This document shows, piece after piece, positions 40,915 to 51,504 of a stretch of DNA of 64,000 bases (its first letter is position 1; every line of letters starts with the position of its first letter). The DNA comes from an uncultured archaeon (GTDB lineage: Archaea > Hadarchaeota > Hadarchaeia > Hadarchaeales > WYZ-LMO6): NCBI GenBank assembly GCA_938074535.1, contig CALJER010000008.1, positions 32,001-96,000 on the forward strand. The letters are read 5' to 3'. The translations under genes were made by a program, and so were the position numbers. A model generated the notes under the pieces. The model searched no databases. It was not told the origin of the DNA and saw only the letters and a program-made list of their open reading frames with translations.

Positions 40915-42051
40915 TCACCCGTACTCGAACTTTCCCGCCCCGCTCTTTATGATCACCCGATTCCTCCCCTTTCCCCTTTCGCACCTGCCTATCACCCTCG
41001 CCTCCAGCTTAAACCCCTCTGAAACCCTCACCACCTCCTCGGCATCCCCGGGATCCACCACCAGCTCGAAGCCCACGCCCATGTTGAAGACCTCGTACAT
41101 CTCCCTCCACCCCACCCTTCCCTCCCTCTGCACCAGCAGGAAGATGGGATCCGGCTCGGGAAGCTGGTCCTTCACGTAGACGAGGTTCTTCCCCACCCTG
41201 AGGCTCTTGGTGAGACCCCCGCCCGTGTTGTGCACCATGAGCTTCACCCCTTCCCCCACCCTCCTGAGGACTCTCAGGACCACGGGAGCGAAGAGGCGGG
41301 TGGGGGAGAGGATGGCCTCCCCCACCGTCATGCCAAGCTCGTCCAGGTAATCGTCGAACCTGAACCTTCCACGGTACCTTCCCCGGTCCACCAGCTCCGG
41401 ATACTTCCTGGTGTACTCCCCCCTCATGAGAACGTGCCTGGCTAGGGTGATGCCGTTGCACATCATCCCGCTGTTCTCTCTCTTCTCGTACCTCGTCCTT
41501 CCCCCGCTCCTGAGGCCCACGATGAGGTCGCCTGCCCTTACCCTCTCCCCCCTCCTCACCTCCGACAGCCTCACCCTGGCAGCCAGAACGCCGGCGAGGT
41601 CCAGCGTCCTCACCTGGTCGGGAAGGTCGGCCGTCTCCCCGCCCAGGAAAGGTATCTCCAGCCCCAGGGCCTCGAGCTCCTTGAGGACCCTCCGGAAACC
41701 TGAGACCATGTGGAAGAGGAGCTCGCGCTTGGGGAGAACACGCGGGTTGAGGGTGAGGTAGTCCGCAAAGGCGAGGGGGCGGAAGGGACCCACGCAGACC
41801 ACATCGTCCACATTCATGGCCAGAACATCCTGAGCCAGTCCCTCGAACCAGGACGGGTCACCCGTTTCCCTCCAGTGGAGATAGCTCTGCTGGGGCTTGC
41901 TCCCCGCTCCGTCCGCGTGGAGGACCAGGCCCGTCTCCCTTCCCTCCCTCCCCACCGGGCAGAAGGGCATCAGATCCGCATCCAGGAGGGGGAGGAAGAA
42001 CTCCGTGCCCTCCTTCTTCGCATCCACCCCCAGGGAGCGGTAGAGGCTCAC
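40915..42051 (-). CDS. purM: AIR synthetase
   Basis: ADGAGSK, AMNVDD, GGETADLP, HNTGGG, EMYEVFNMG. Confidence 0.92.
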   Translation of the reverse strand: MSLYRSLGVDAKKEGTEFFLPLLDADLMPFCPVGREGRETGLVLHADGAGSKPQQSYLHWRETGDPSWFEGLAQDVLAMNVDDVVCVGPFRPLAFADYLTLNPRVLPKRELLFHMVSGFRRVLKELEALGLEIPFLGGETADLPDQVRTLDLAGVLAARVRLSEVRRGERVRAGDLIVGLRSGGRTRYEKRENSGMMCNGITLARHVLMRGEYTRKYPELVDRGRYRGRFRFDDYLDELGMTVGEAILSPTRLFAPVVLRVLRRVGEGVKLMVHNTGGGLTKSLRVGKNLVYVKDQLPEPDPIFLLVQREGRVGWREMYEVFNMGVGFELVVDPGDAEEVVRVSEGFKLEARVIGRCERGKGRNRVIIKSGAGKFEYG

Positions 42052-42917
42052 CCCTTCCCCTCCAGCGCCTCCGAAGCTAGGAGGGTGTTATGGAGGAGCA
42101 TCACGCGCGTCATGGGGCCCACCCCGCCCGGCACGGGGGTGAGGTATGAGGCTCTGCGGCTCACGCCCTCGAAGTCCGCGTCCCCCACCAGCTTCCCGCT
42201 CACGTAGTTCATGCCCACATCCACCACCACGGCACCCTCCCCCACCATCTCGGCCGTGAGGACGAAGGAGGGTCTCCTCCCCACCGCCGAAACCAGCAAC
42301 CTGGCCTCCCTGGTCCTCTCCCCCAGGTTCCTCGTCTTGGAGTGGCAGAGAAGGACGCTGGCATCCCTGTCCAAAAGGAGCTTGGCCAGGGGCTTGCCCA
42401 CCAGATCGCTCCTGTTGATGATGACCGCCAGCTCACCCTTCACCTCTATCCCGTACTCATCCAGCAGCCTAAGGATGCCCCTGGGGGTGCAGGGGAGGAG
42501 GCTCCTCTCGGGATCGTACTGTCCCTTCCAGAGCTTCCCCACGTTGTAGGGATGAAGACCGTCCACGTCCTTCTGGGGGGAAATCTCCTCCACCAGGCGC
42601 CTAGGGTCCAGCTGCGGCGGCACGGGAAGCTGCAGGAAAATCCCGTGAACATCCTCTTCCTCGTTCAGGCGGTGGATGAGTTCCCGGAGCTCCCCCTCCT
42701 CCGCCGAGGAGGGGAAAGTGTAAAGCCTGAAGGAAATTCCCACCTCCGCGCAGTCCCTCCTTTTTCCCTCCACGTAGACCCTGGAGGCCGGGTTGTCCCC
42801 GACCAGCAGGGTGGCCAGGGTGGGGGCCACTCCCTTCCTCTTCAGGGCCGAGACCCTCCCGCGCAGCTCCCCCTTGATCTCCTCCGCCAGGGCCTTTCCG
42901 TCCATAAGCACGACCAT
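42048..42917 (-). CDS. folD: Methylene-THF dehydrogenase/cyclohydrolase
   Basis: QLP, KDVDGLHP, PCTP.G, RS.LVGKP, PVPGGVGPMT. Confidence 0.96.
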   Translation of the reverse strand: MVVLMDGKALAEEIKGELRGRVSALKRKGVAPTLATLLVGDNPASRVYVEGKRRDCAEVGISFRLYTFPSSAEEGELRELIHRLNEEEDVHGIFLQLPVPPQLDPRRLVEEISPQKDVDGLHPYNVGKLWKGQYDPERSLLPCTPRGILRLLDEYGIEVKGELAVIINRSDLVGKPLAKLLLDRDASVLLCHSKTRNLGERTREARLLVSAVGRRPSFVLTAEMVGEGAVVVDVGMNYVSGKLVGDADFEGVSRRASYLTPVPGGVGPMTRVMLLHNTLLASEALEGKG

Positions 42918-42925
42918 GGTCTCCC

Positions 42926-44374
42926 TCAGAAGGAGGGGGCAGCCTTCTTCCCCAGCCTCTCCGCGTACCTGGAAAGCACCGGATTCACCTCCCTCTCGAG
43001 GAAGCTGTCACACCTCTCCACCGCGTCGCCCACGTGCCTGGAGGGATCAAGGACCTCTTCCAGCTCCTGGGGGGTCAGAAGGGGTCCCACCACGGGGTCC
43101 TCCCTCAGAAGGGAGGGCAGGGGATTTTCTCCCCCCTCCATGACCCTCTCCCACGCGCGGAGGGAGAGCCTCCTCAGCCTCTCGTGCATCTCCTGCCTGT
43201 TCCCCCCCTTCTTCACCAGGAGCATCAGGAGGGGCTCCAGGGCGGAAAAGGGGGAGAAGAGCTGGAGGTTCCTGGCGATCATGACCCTGTTAACCTTCAT
43301 TCCCTCCACCAGGGTCTGGTACAGGATGAGGATTTCCTCCACCGCCAAAAAGCTCTCCGCCAGGATCACCCTTCGGTTGGCGGAATCGTCCAGGGTGCGC
43401 TCCAGGAGGGTGTGGGAGGCGTTCTCCCAGGCCACCCTGGGAAGGGAGGCCACGTACCTGGCCAGGGAACACATACGCTCCGAGAGCACGGGATTGCGCT
43501 TGAAGGGCATGGCGGAGGACCCCACCTGCGCCTCCCCGAAGGGCTCGGAGAGCTCCCCCCACACGGGGGAATGCAGGTGCCTGAGGTCCGCCCCGAACTT
43601 GTGGGCGCTCTGGGCTATCCCCGCCAGAACGGAGAGGACCATGAAATCCTGCTTCCGGGGGTAGGTCTGCCCGGAGATGGCGAAGTAGGGGAGGCCCAGC
43701 TTTTCCATCACCCTGGCCTCCACCTCCGCGGGCTTCGCCCTCTCTTCCAGCAGCCTCCTGAAGCCCGCGGAGGTCCCCACCGCCCCCTTCACCCCCTTAC
43801 CCTTCAGGAACTCGGAGAGCAGGAGCTCCACCGCCCTCAGGTCCAGGAGGAGGTCCTGGGCGTAGCAGGCCAGCCTGTATCCCAGCGTAGTGGGCTCGGC
43901 AGGCTGCAGGTGGGTCCAGCCCATGCAGACGGTGCTCCGGTGCTCCTTTATCCTGAGGGAAAGGGAGTGGAGGCAGTTGACCAGCCTGGTGAGGAGGAGG
44001 TCGAAGGCCCTCCTCATCCTCAGCACGTCTGCGTTGTCCTCTATGTCCATCGAAGTGGCCCCGAGGTGGAGTTTCCCACCGCCCCTGGGGCACTGCTGGG
44101 AGAAGACCCTCAGTTCCGCCATGAGGTCGTGCCTTATTTCCTTCTCCACCTTCTGAGAGAGCTCCAGGTCCACATGTTCCTTTCCCGCCTTCTCCCTGAT
44201 CTCCCTCAGCTCCTCCTCGGAAATCAGTCCGTACTCCGCCTGGGCCTCCGCCAGGGCCCTCCACACCTTTCTCCAGAGGGCCCTGTACTCCAGCTCCGAG
44301 AAAAGGGAGCGCATCTCCTCGCTCCCGTACCTCCAGGTGAAGGGGGACAGAAAGGTTCGGTGGTCGAAGCCCAT
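42926..44374 (-). CDS. purB: Adenylosuccinate lyase
   Basis: RHDLMA, HLGATS, THLQPAEP, GSSAMPFKRNP, LERTLDDSA; ATG at 44374. Confidence 0.96.
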   Translation of the reverse strand: MGFDHRTFLSPFTWRYGSEEMRSLFSELEYRALWRKVWRALAEAQAEYGLISEEELREIREKAGKEHVDLELSQKVEKEIRHDLMAELRVFSQQCPRGGGKLHLGATSMDIEDNADVLRMRRAFDLLLTRLVNCLHSLSLRIKEHRSTVCMGWTHLQPAEPTTLGYRLACYAQDLLLDLRAVELLLSEFLKGKGVKGAVGTSAGFRRLLEERAKPAEVEARVMEKLGLPYFAISGQTYPRKQDFMVLSVLAGIAQSAHKFGADLRHLHSPVWGELSEPFGEAQVGSSAMPFKRNPVLSERMCSLARYVASLPRVAWENASHTLLERTLDDSANRRVILAESFLAVEEILILYQTLVEGMKVNRVMIARNLQLFSPFSALEPLLMLLVKKGGNRQEMHERLRRLSLRAWERVMEGGENPLPSLLREDPVVGPLLTPQELEEVLDPSRHVGDAVERCDSFLEREVNPVLSRYAERLGKKAAPSF

Positions 44375-44428
44375 TCTCCCTCCCTTTTCTTGGAAGGTTT
44401 TTAACTTTGGGGAGGAGAAAAGGGGAGA

Positions 44429-45961
<1,533 letters not shown>

Positions 45962-46023
45962 CGCCCTCCGGCTCTTACCGGACCCCGGCGACCACGCCTG
46001 AAAGAGGGGAACCCCGCAAGCCT

Positions 46024-46530
46024 TCAGCGGAGGGGCTCCACACCCTCCAAATCGCTCAATTCCCCCCTAGTCTCCTTCGCCCAGACCGCCCTCACCCTCA
46101 TCCCGATGTGCACTTCTTTCGGATCCGCACCTATCAACAGAGTGCCCAAGTTGGAATCGGCGCCGTCGAATTTGACGAAAACGGGAATAATAACCTCATC
46201 CTCCTGGATGAGGCCCTGCTCCACGGGATCCATCCCCAGCACCTTGATCTTCCCCCTTTTGATGGGCGGGCTTATGATGAAGCAGGTGACGGTACCTACG
46301 TCGGAAACCACCACCCTACCCTCCATCTTCCTGTGGCACCTCCCGCACAGGTTCCTGGGAGGCACTATCACCTTCCCGCATCCGAAGCACAGAGAGCCCA
46401 CCAGCTTCCTCTGTTTTAAACCCTCCACGAATTCTTCGAGGAGTCTGTTGGCCTTCCAGGTGTAGGCCCCTATGTTCCACTCCCCCTCCACGCCCAGGGT
46501 TTCCGGTCTTTCCTCTTTGAGGTATGGCAT
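46024..46530 (-). CDS. DUF35 zinc-ribbon/OB-fold protein
   Basis: CFGC..VIVPPR..CGRC; GMRVRAVW. Confidence 0.88.
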   Translation of the reverse strand: MPYLKEERPETLGVEGEWNIGAYTWKANRLLEEFVEGLKQRKLVGSLCFGCGKVIVPPRNLCGRCHRKMEGRVVVSDVGTVTCFIISPPIKRGKIKVLGMDPVEQGLIQEDEVIIPVFVKFDGADSNLGTLLIGADPKEVHIGMRVRAVWAKETRGELSDLEGVEPLR

Positions 46531-46534
46531 CCCC

Positions 46535-47776
46535 TCACCTCGGAGAGTCACCCAGCACCGTCACCGTGGTGTAGTTCGTCACTCCCCCCCATCCGTGGGC
46601 CACGGCGTTCCTGACCTCCTTCGGGACCTGGTGCTCCTCGGCCTTTCCCATCACCTGCAGAGCGGCTTCCAGGATCCTCTGTAAGGCGGAAGACCCTATG
46701 GCGTTCGTGGCGAGAACCCCCCCGGAGGGATCCGTCGGCATTCTGCCGTCGATCTCCATTTCCCCCTCCTCGAGGGCCACCCAGGCCTTTCCCTCGTCAA
46801 AAAGCCCCAGCCTCTCGGCGAAGATGAGCTCCTGACTTGGGAAGGGCTGGTAAATCTCAGCCACATCTATCTCCCTCTTCGGATCCGTTATTCCCGCCAT
46901 CCTGTAGGCCTTCATCGCGGAAACCCTGCACCCCATCTGCTCGGAGGCGTCAAGGATGCCCACTCCCCCGTAGCTCTCGCTCATGAGCTGGTTTTCCTCG
47001 TCGGAGTAGGACGCAAGCCCCTTAACCCAGGCTTTGTCCTCTTTCTTCTTTGCGATATCCTCGGCCGCCACCACAATGGCAGAAGCGCCATCACTCGCGG
47101 GGCAGATGTGTCCGAACCTGAAGGGATACGCCACCATCTCGGTCTTTGCTATGTCCTCCGGGGTGCACCCTGGCCACTGAAGGTGTGCGTACTTGTTCTT
47201 CGCGGCGTTTCTCCTGCTCTTTGCAGCCACCATGTCGAAGTGCTCGATTCTACACCCGGATCTGTGCATGTAGAACATCGCCTGGTAGACGGCGACCCCC
47301 GCAGCGGCCCCCACGACGGTGGTGGCCACCAGACTCTTGAGGTTCATCCCGTAGTTGAAGGCATGGAAGAAATTGGCAAGAGCCACGTGCAGGAGACCGG
47401 TGGTTGCCCCGGGCTCTTTGCTGTCGGAATGCTTCTCCCAGGCCACGGCCAGGACTTTGTCGTACATCCCCGAGGCCACCGCATAGATGGCCCCCTGCCC
47501 CACCGATCCCCCTGTGGTTCCACCCGTGGCTATTCTCATAACGGGCTTTCCCGGGGCGCCTATCCAATCCCCAATCCACTGGTCTGGCTGGGCGACGCCG
47601 CCGAACCCCTGCATGTTCCCCACCACGATGGCGTCAATCTCCTCTGGGGTTACCTGGGCATCCTCCATGGCCCTCCAGGCTGCCTCTTCAATCATTTCAG
47701 GCAGGCTGACATCCCTTCTCTTGCTCGAATGCTTGGTCTGTCCGCATCCTATTATGGCGACATTCCTGAACATCAT
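46535..47776 (-). CDS. SCP2-type thiolase-fold protein, Ltp3-like (no catalytic Cys)
   Basis: GQTKHSSKRRDVS, GKPVMRIATGGTTGGS, VLAVAWEKHS, CPASDGA, DPSGGVLATN. Confidence 0.8.
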   Translation of the reverse strand: MMFRNVAIIGCGQTKHSSKRRDVSLPEMIEEAAWRAMEDAQVTPEEIDAIVVGNMQGFGGVAQPDQWIGDWIGAPGKPVMRIATGGTTGGSVGQGAIYAVASGMYDKVLAVAWEKHSDSKEPGATTGLLHVALANFFHAFNYGMNLKSLVATTVVGAAAGVAVYQAMFYMHRSGCRIEHFDMVAAKSRRNAAKNKYAHLQWPGCTPEDIAKTEMVAYPFRFGHICPASDGASAIVVAAEDIAKKKEDKAWVKGLASYSDEENQLMSESYGGVGILDASEQMGCRVSAMKAYRMAGITDPKREIDVAEIYQPFPSQELIFAERLGLFDEGKAWVALEEGEMEIDGRMPTDPSGGVLATNAIGSSALQRILEAALQVMGKAEEHQVPKEVRNAVAHGWGGVTNYTTVTVLGDSPR

Positions 47777-48918
47777 CCCTCACCCCCAAGAATGAAAACC
47801 CAGTTCTTCTGGGCACACATCCCGAACTGGCCGTGAGCCAGGGCCCTTCGCACACCCGGAATCTGGTACTCACCCGCCTCGCCCCTTATTTGCTTGGCGG
47901 CCTCCACCATCCTCACCAGGCCCGTCGCGCAAACCGGATCGGCCGCGAGAGCCCCACCGCTGGGGTTAACGGGGATTTCACCGCCCTTCTCCGTTGCCCC
48001 CCTCTCCAAGAGGACCTTGCCCTTGCCCCTCCTGCAGAGGCCCAGGGCCTCGTATATCATCAGCTCCTCGTGGGCAAATTTTTCCGAAACTTCGAAGACG
48101 TCAAGCTCCGCGTAGGGATCCCTTATCCCCGCCATCTCATAGGCATCCTTTGCCGCCTTACGCAGGGAATCAAGCTCGAGGAGGTTCCTGTCACGGAGGT
48201 AGAAGTCCTGGCAGACGCCTACCCCCTCTATCCAGACGGGAGTGTCGGTGATCTCCTTTGCCTTTTCTTCCGAGGCCAGAACCAGGGCACAGGCGCCGTC
48301 GCTGATGGGGGACATCATCAACTCCCTTATGGGATGGTAATAAAGTTTGGAGCCGAGCACCTCCTCCACAGTCAGGTCCGGCATCCTCCTCTGGGCAAAG
48401 GGGTTCTTCGCGGCATTCGAGAGATTCTTGACGGAAACCATCGCGATTTCCTCTTCGGAGACTCCGTAGGAGGACATGTACATCCTAGCTTGGATAGCAG
48501 CGGCTGAAACATCGTTGAGAACTCCTATCTGCCTGTCAAAGAGGGGATCCAAAGTGTAGAAGGATACTTGGTGTGGGTTGAAGGTCGACCCCTGAGTGTG
48601 GGCCTCCACCAGAGCTACGTCATGTACACCGGAGAGAATCCTCATGAAAGCGTACCAAGCCGCGGAGGTACCATCTTCCTCTGTTTTCGATTCGTCCTTC
48701 AGGTAGGCCCCCACCGCCATGCTGAGAAAAACGCTTGAAATGGTCCTGCCGTCCAGAAAGTCCGTGGAGGCCGTGACCACGGTATCCACCTCCCCGCGCG
48801 TGATTCCCGCGTGCGAGAGGGCCTCTTTGACAACCTCAAAAACCATGTCCTCCCTGGTCTTTTGCATATCGAACTGATGTTGGGTCTGAGCGTAGCCCAC
48901 TATGGCGACTCTCCTCAA
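47773..48918 (-). CDS. SCP2-type thiolase-fold protein, Ltp4-like (no catalytic Cys)
   Basis: VAIVGYAQ, STDFLDGR.IS, ESKTEEDG, PISDGA, NPSGGALAADP, CAQKN. Confidence 0.8.
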   Translation of the reverse strand: MRRVAIVGYAQTQHQFDMQKTREDMVFEVVKEALSHAGITRGEVDTVVTASTDFLDGRTISSVFLSMAVGAYLKDESKTEEDGTSAAWYAFMRILSGVHDVALVEAHTQGSTFNPHQVSFYTLDPLFDRQIGVLNDVSAAAIQARMYMSSYGVSEEEIAMVSVKNLSNAAKNPFAQRRMPDLTVEEVLGSKLYYHPIRELMMSPISDGACALVLASEEKAKEITDTPVWIEGVGVCQDFYLRDRNLLELDSLRKAAKDAYEMAGIRDPYAELDVFEVSEKFAHEELMIYEALGLCRRGKGKVLLERGATEKGGEIPVNPSGGALAADPVCATGLVRMVEAAKQIRGEAGEYQIPGVRRALAHGQFGMCAQKNWVFILGGEG

Positions 48919-48922
48919 AGGC

Positions 48923-49399
48923 TCACCTCGAGGGTTTGAAGTATTCTATGTCCGCCAGCTCGCCTCTGGTTGCCTCTCTCCATTTCGGCTCCACTTCCAT
49001 TCCCTCCCTCACCCCCTCGGGGTCTATCTCTCCAATCGGCATGAAGATCGTGGAATCGGCTCCTTCCAGCTTTATGGCCCCTATCACCCTTGGTTTTTCC
49101 AGGTCCACAAAATTCCCCTCCCCATCCAGCCCAACATAGGCCGTGGTGTAACCGACCAGAACCCCCCTTCCGGAAAGCTCTACCAAGTTTTTCTCCCCAA
49201 GCTTGGTCAAGCATTTTCCACACCTCGACCTGGGCGGCACGTAGGTGTACCCACAGCTGGGGCACTTCGCCCCCAGAAGTTTCTTTTCGGCGAGTGACTT
49301 TATGAATCTCTCCATCAGAAAGCCCGTGGACCACTTGAACCGTGCAACGAAAGGCAGACCCTTTACTCGAACTATCCCTTCCCTCTCCAAATGCAACAA
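48923..49399 (-). CDS. DUF35 zinc-ribbon/OB-fold protein
   Basis: CPSC..TYVPPR..CGKC; GMEVEPKW. Confidence 0.88.
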   Translation of the reverse strand: MLHLEREGIVRVKGLPFVARFKWSTGFLMERFIKSLAEKKLLGAKCPSCGYTYVPPRSRCGKCLTKLGEKNLVELSGRGVLVGYTTAYVGLDGEGNFVDLEKPRVIGAIKLEGADSTIFMPIGEIDPEGVREGMEVEPKWREATRGELADIEYFKPSR

Positions 49400-49487
49400 A
49401 AAAAGTCGCCTAACCCCTTTAATAAGCCTTTCGGAAGCCGGCGGTCCAAGAGCTATTTAAGCCCCAACACGGAGAGCTGTTTGGGGA

Positions 49488-51497
49488 ATGGTCTCAGATT
49501 CTTTCTCCAGGTACAGACAAAAGTACTCAGACGGCAACAGAAGAAACAACACTTGGGGCGCCAGACTTGAGATGCTCGCCCACGTGATCCCGGACAGGAG
49601 CGCCTTCATCCAAGGAGAGAGGGAAGTGACTTGGGGGCACTTCAACGAGCGAGTTAACATGTTGGCAAACGCGTTTTTGGACCTCGGGATAAAAAAGGAA
49701 GAGAGGGTGGCCATAGTGGGCTTCAACTGCATTGAGTGGATGGAAACTTACTTCGCCGCTTCCAAGATAGGGGCCGTGCCGGTTAATGTGAACCCCAGGT
49801 TCGTTCCGGAGGAGGTCAGGTACATCCTCGAGAACTCGGACTCGGCGGCGGTGGTTCTGGAAGGCGAATTCCTCGAAACCGTAGAAAAGGCCTGCCGGGG
49901 TCTCTCCTCGGTGAGGCACTGCATCGTTTGGGAAGGGAGTCCCCCAGAGGGGATGCTGAGCTATGAAGAACTTCTAAAAAACCGCCCCCCCACCGAACCC
50001 GAGCTTGGGTGGGAGGTGACCAACGAAGATTTCTGCTTTCTCTTTTACACGGGAGGAACGACCGGATATCCTAAGGGAACCGTGTGGGATTATGAAAGCA
50101 GGGTGAGGGGCTTGGATATGCTGCTTTATCACGCCATGACGCCCCTTCTGGAAAATCTGGCCAAGATGCCGGAAGGTTCATACGTTGGAACCATAAACAC
50201 CCTTATCCCGCCCGAAGCAGCTGAATTCTTGCTGCCCACTTTTCAAACACCTCCCGAGTTCGAACCATGGCTGGAGCTAATCAAAACTCTGTACCCTCCC
50301 GGGTTTGAGCCCGAGGCTGAAAAGCTCACGCGATCCCTCGTGGAACTTCTCCGGTCAGTACCGGAGCCGGTAAGGGAAAAAATGATGCGGCTGATGAACA
50401 CGCCGGCAGAAGAACGCGGCACCACGCAGGAAATCTTCCGCGATCCAGCCGTCGTACACTTTTTGAAGGAAACCTTCAGAGTGCTTCTCGGCACACCGCT
50501 CGCTTACCTGCTCAACGGCTCGAGGGTAAGAATTCTGATTGCCGCACCTTTGTTCCACGGTGCAGCCTATGAAGCCAATTTTGCGTACATCGGCACTTCC
50601 GGTGCCACAAGCGTTTACCTCACCTCCCATCGCTTTAACCCGAGAGAACTTTGGGAAACTGCGGAGAGGAGAAAAGTTAATTATATCCTCATAGTGGGGG
50701 ACGCCTTTGCCATTCCCATGGCCGAGGAGCTGGAAAGAAGGAGATACGATCTCGGCTCGCTAGCGGGCATCATCTCATCCGGAGTCACCTGGTCCCCCAA
50801 AATCAAGAAAAAGCTGCTCGCACACATGCCCAGAGGCCTGGCGCTGGACGAACTGGGGACTACGGAGTTCAGCGGTGCCCACTCCCACATCTCCACTCCT
50901 GCGGATGAAGAGATACCTGACCTCAGAATAAAAATCTCTTCGAACGGGGCCTATCCCTGCCGGGTCGTCGATCCGGAAACGTGCGCAGACACCAAGCCTG
51001 GAGAGAGGGGGGAACTCATTTACGGAGGCTATATGGCCCTGGGATACTGGAAGGATCCGGAAAGAACCGCCAAATATTTCAGGTGGATAGACGGCAGACG
51101 CTGGTTCTTCACCGGGGATGAAGGAATTGTCGATGAGGACGGATACTTTCATTTCATAGGGAGGGGTGCTCTCGTGATCAACACCGGCGGAGAAAAAGTC
51201 TATCCTGAAGAAGTTGAAGAAACCATCAAAACACATCCCAAGGTCAGGGATGCTATTGTGACGGGGGTTCCGGATGAAAAGTGGGGTGAGGCTGTCACGG
51301 CCCTCGTGGAGCTGAAGGTTGGAGAAGAGGCAAAAGCGGAAGAAATAGTGGAGTTCTGCAGGGGAAGGCTGGCGGGATACAAAAAACCAAGGCATGTGAT
51401 CTTCGTGGAGAAAATTCCCAGATCCGCCAGCGGAAAAATAGAGAGGGGGGAGATAAAGAAAATGGCGGAAAAAATACTTAAATCTGGGAAGTCCTAA
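49488..51497 (+). CDS. Acyl-CoA synthetase, FadD19-like, with a large insertion
   Basis: PVNVNPRF, YTGGTTGYPKG, APLFHG, IVGDAFA.P, INTGGEKVYPEEVE, LAGYK.PR. Confidence 0.88.
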   Translation: MVSDSFSRYRQKYSDGNRRNNTWGARLEMLAHVIPDRSAFIQGEREVTWGHFNERVNMLANAFLDLGIKKEERVAIVGFNCIEWMETYFAASKIGAVPVNVNPRFVPEEVRYILENSDSAAVVLEGEFLETVEKACRGLSSVRHCIVWEGSPPEGMLSYEELLKNRPPTEPELGWEVTNEDFCFLFYTGGTTGYPKGTVWDYESRVRGLDMLLYHAMTPLLENLAKMPEGSYVGTINTLIPPEAAEFLLPTFQTPPEFEPWLELIKTLYPPGFEPEAEKLTRSLVELLRSVPEPVREKMMRLMNTPAEERGTTQEIFRDPAVVHFLKETFRVLLGTPLAYLLNGSRVRILIAAPLFHGAAYEANFAYIGTSGATSVYLTSHRFNPRELWETAERRKVNYILIVGDAFAIPMAEELERRRYDLGSLAGIISSGVTWSPKIKKKLLAHMPRGLALDELGTTEFSGAHSHISTPADEEIPDLRIKISSNGAYPCRVVDPETCADTKPGERGELIYGGYMALGYWKDPERTAKYFRWIDGRRWFFTGDEGIVDEDGYFHFIGRGALVINTGGEKVYPEEVEETIKTHPKVRDAIVTGVPDEKWGEAVTALVELKVGEEAKAEEIVEFCRGRLAGYKKPRHVIFVEKIPRSASGKIERGEIKKMAEKILKSGKS

Positions 51498-51504
51498 ATA
51501 CTGC

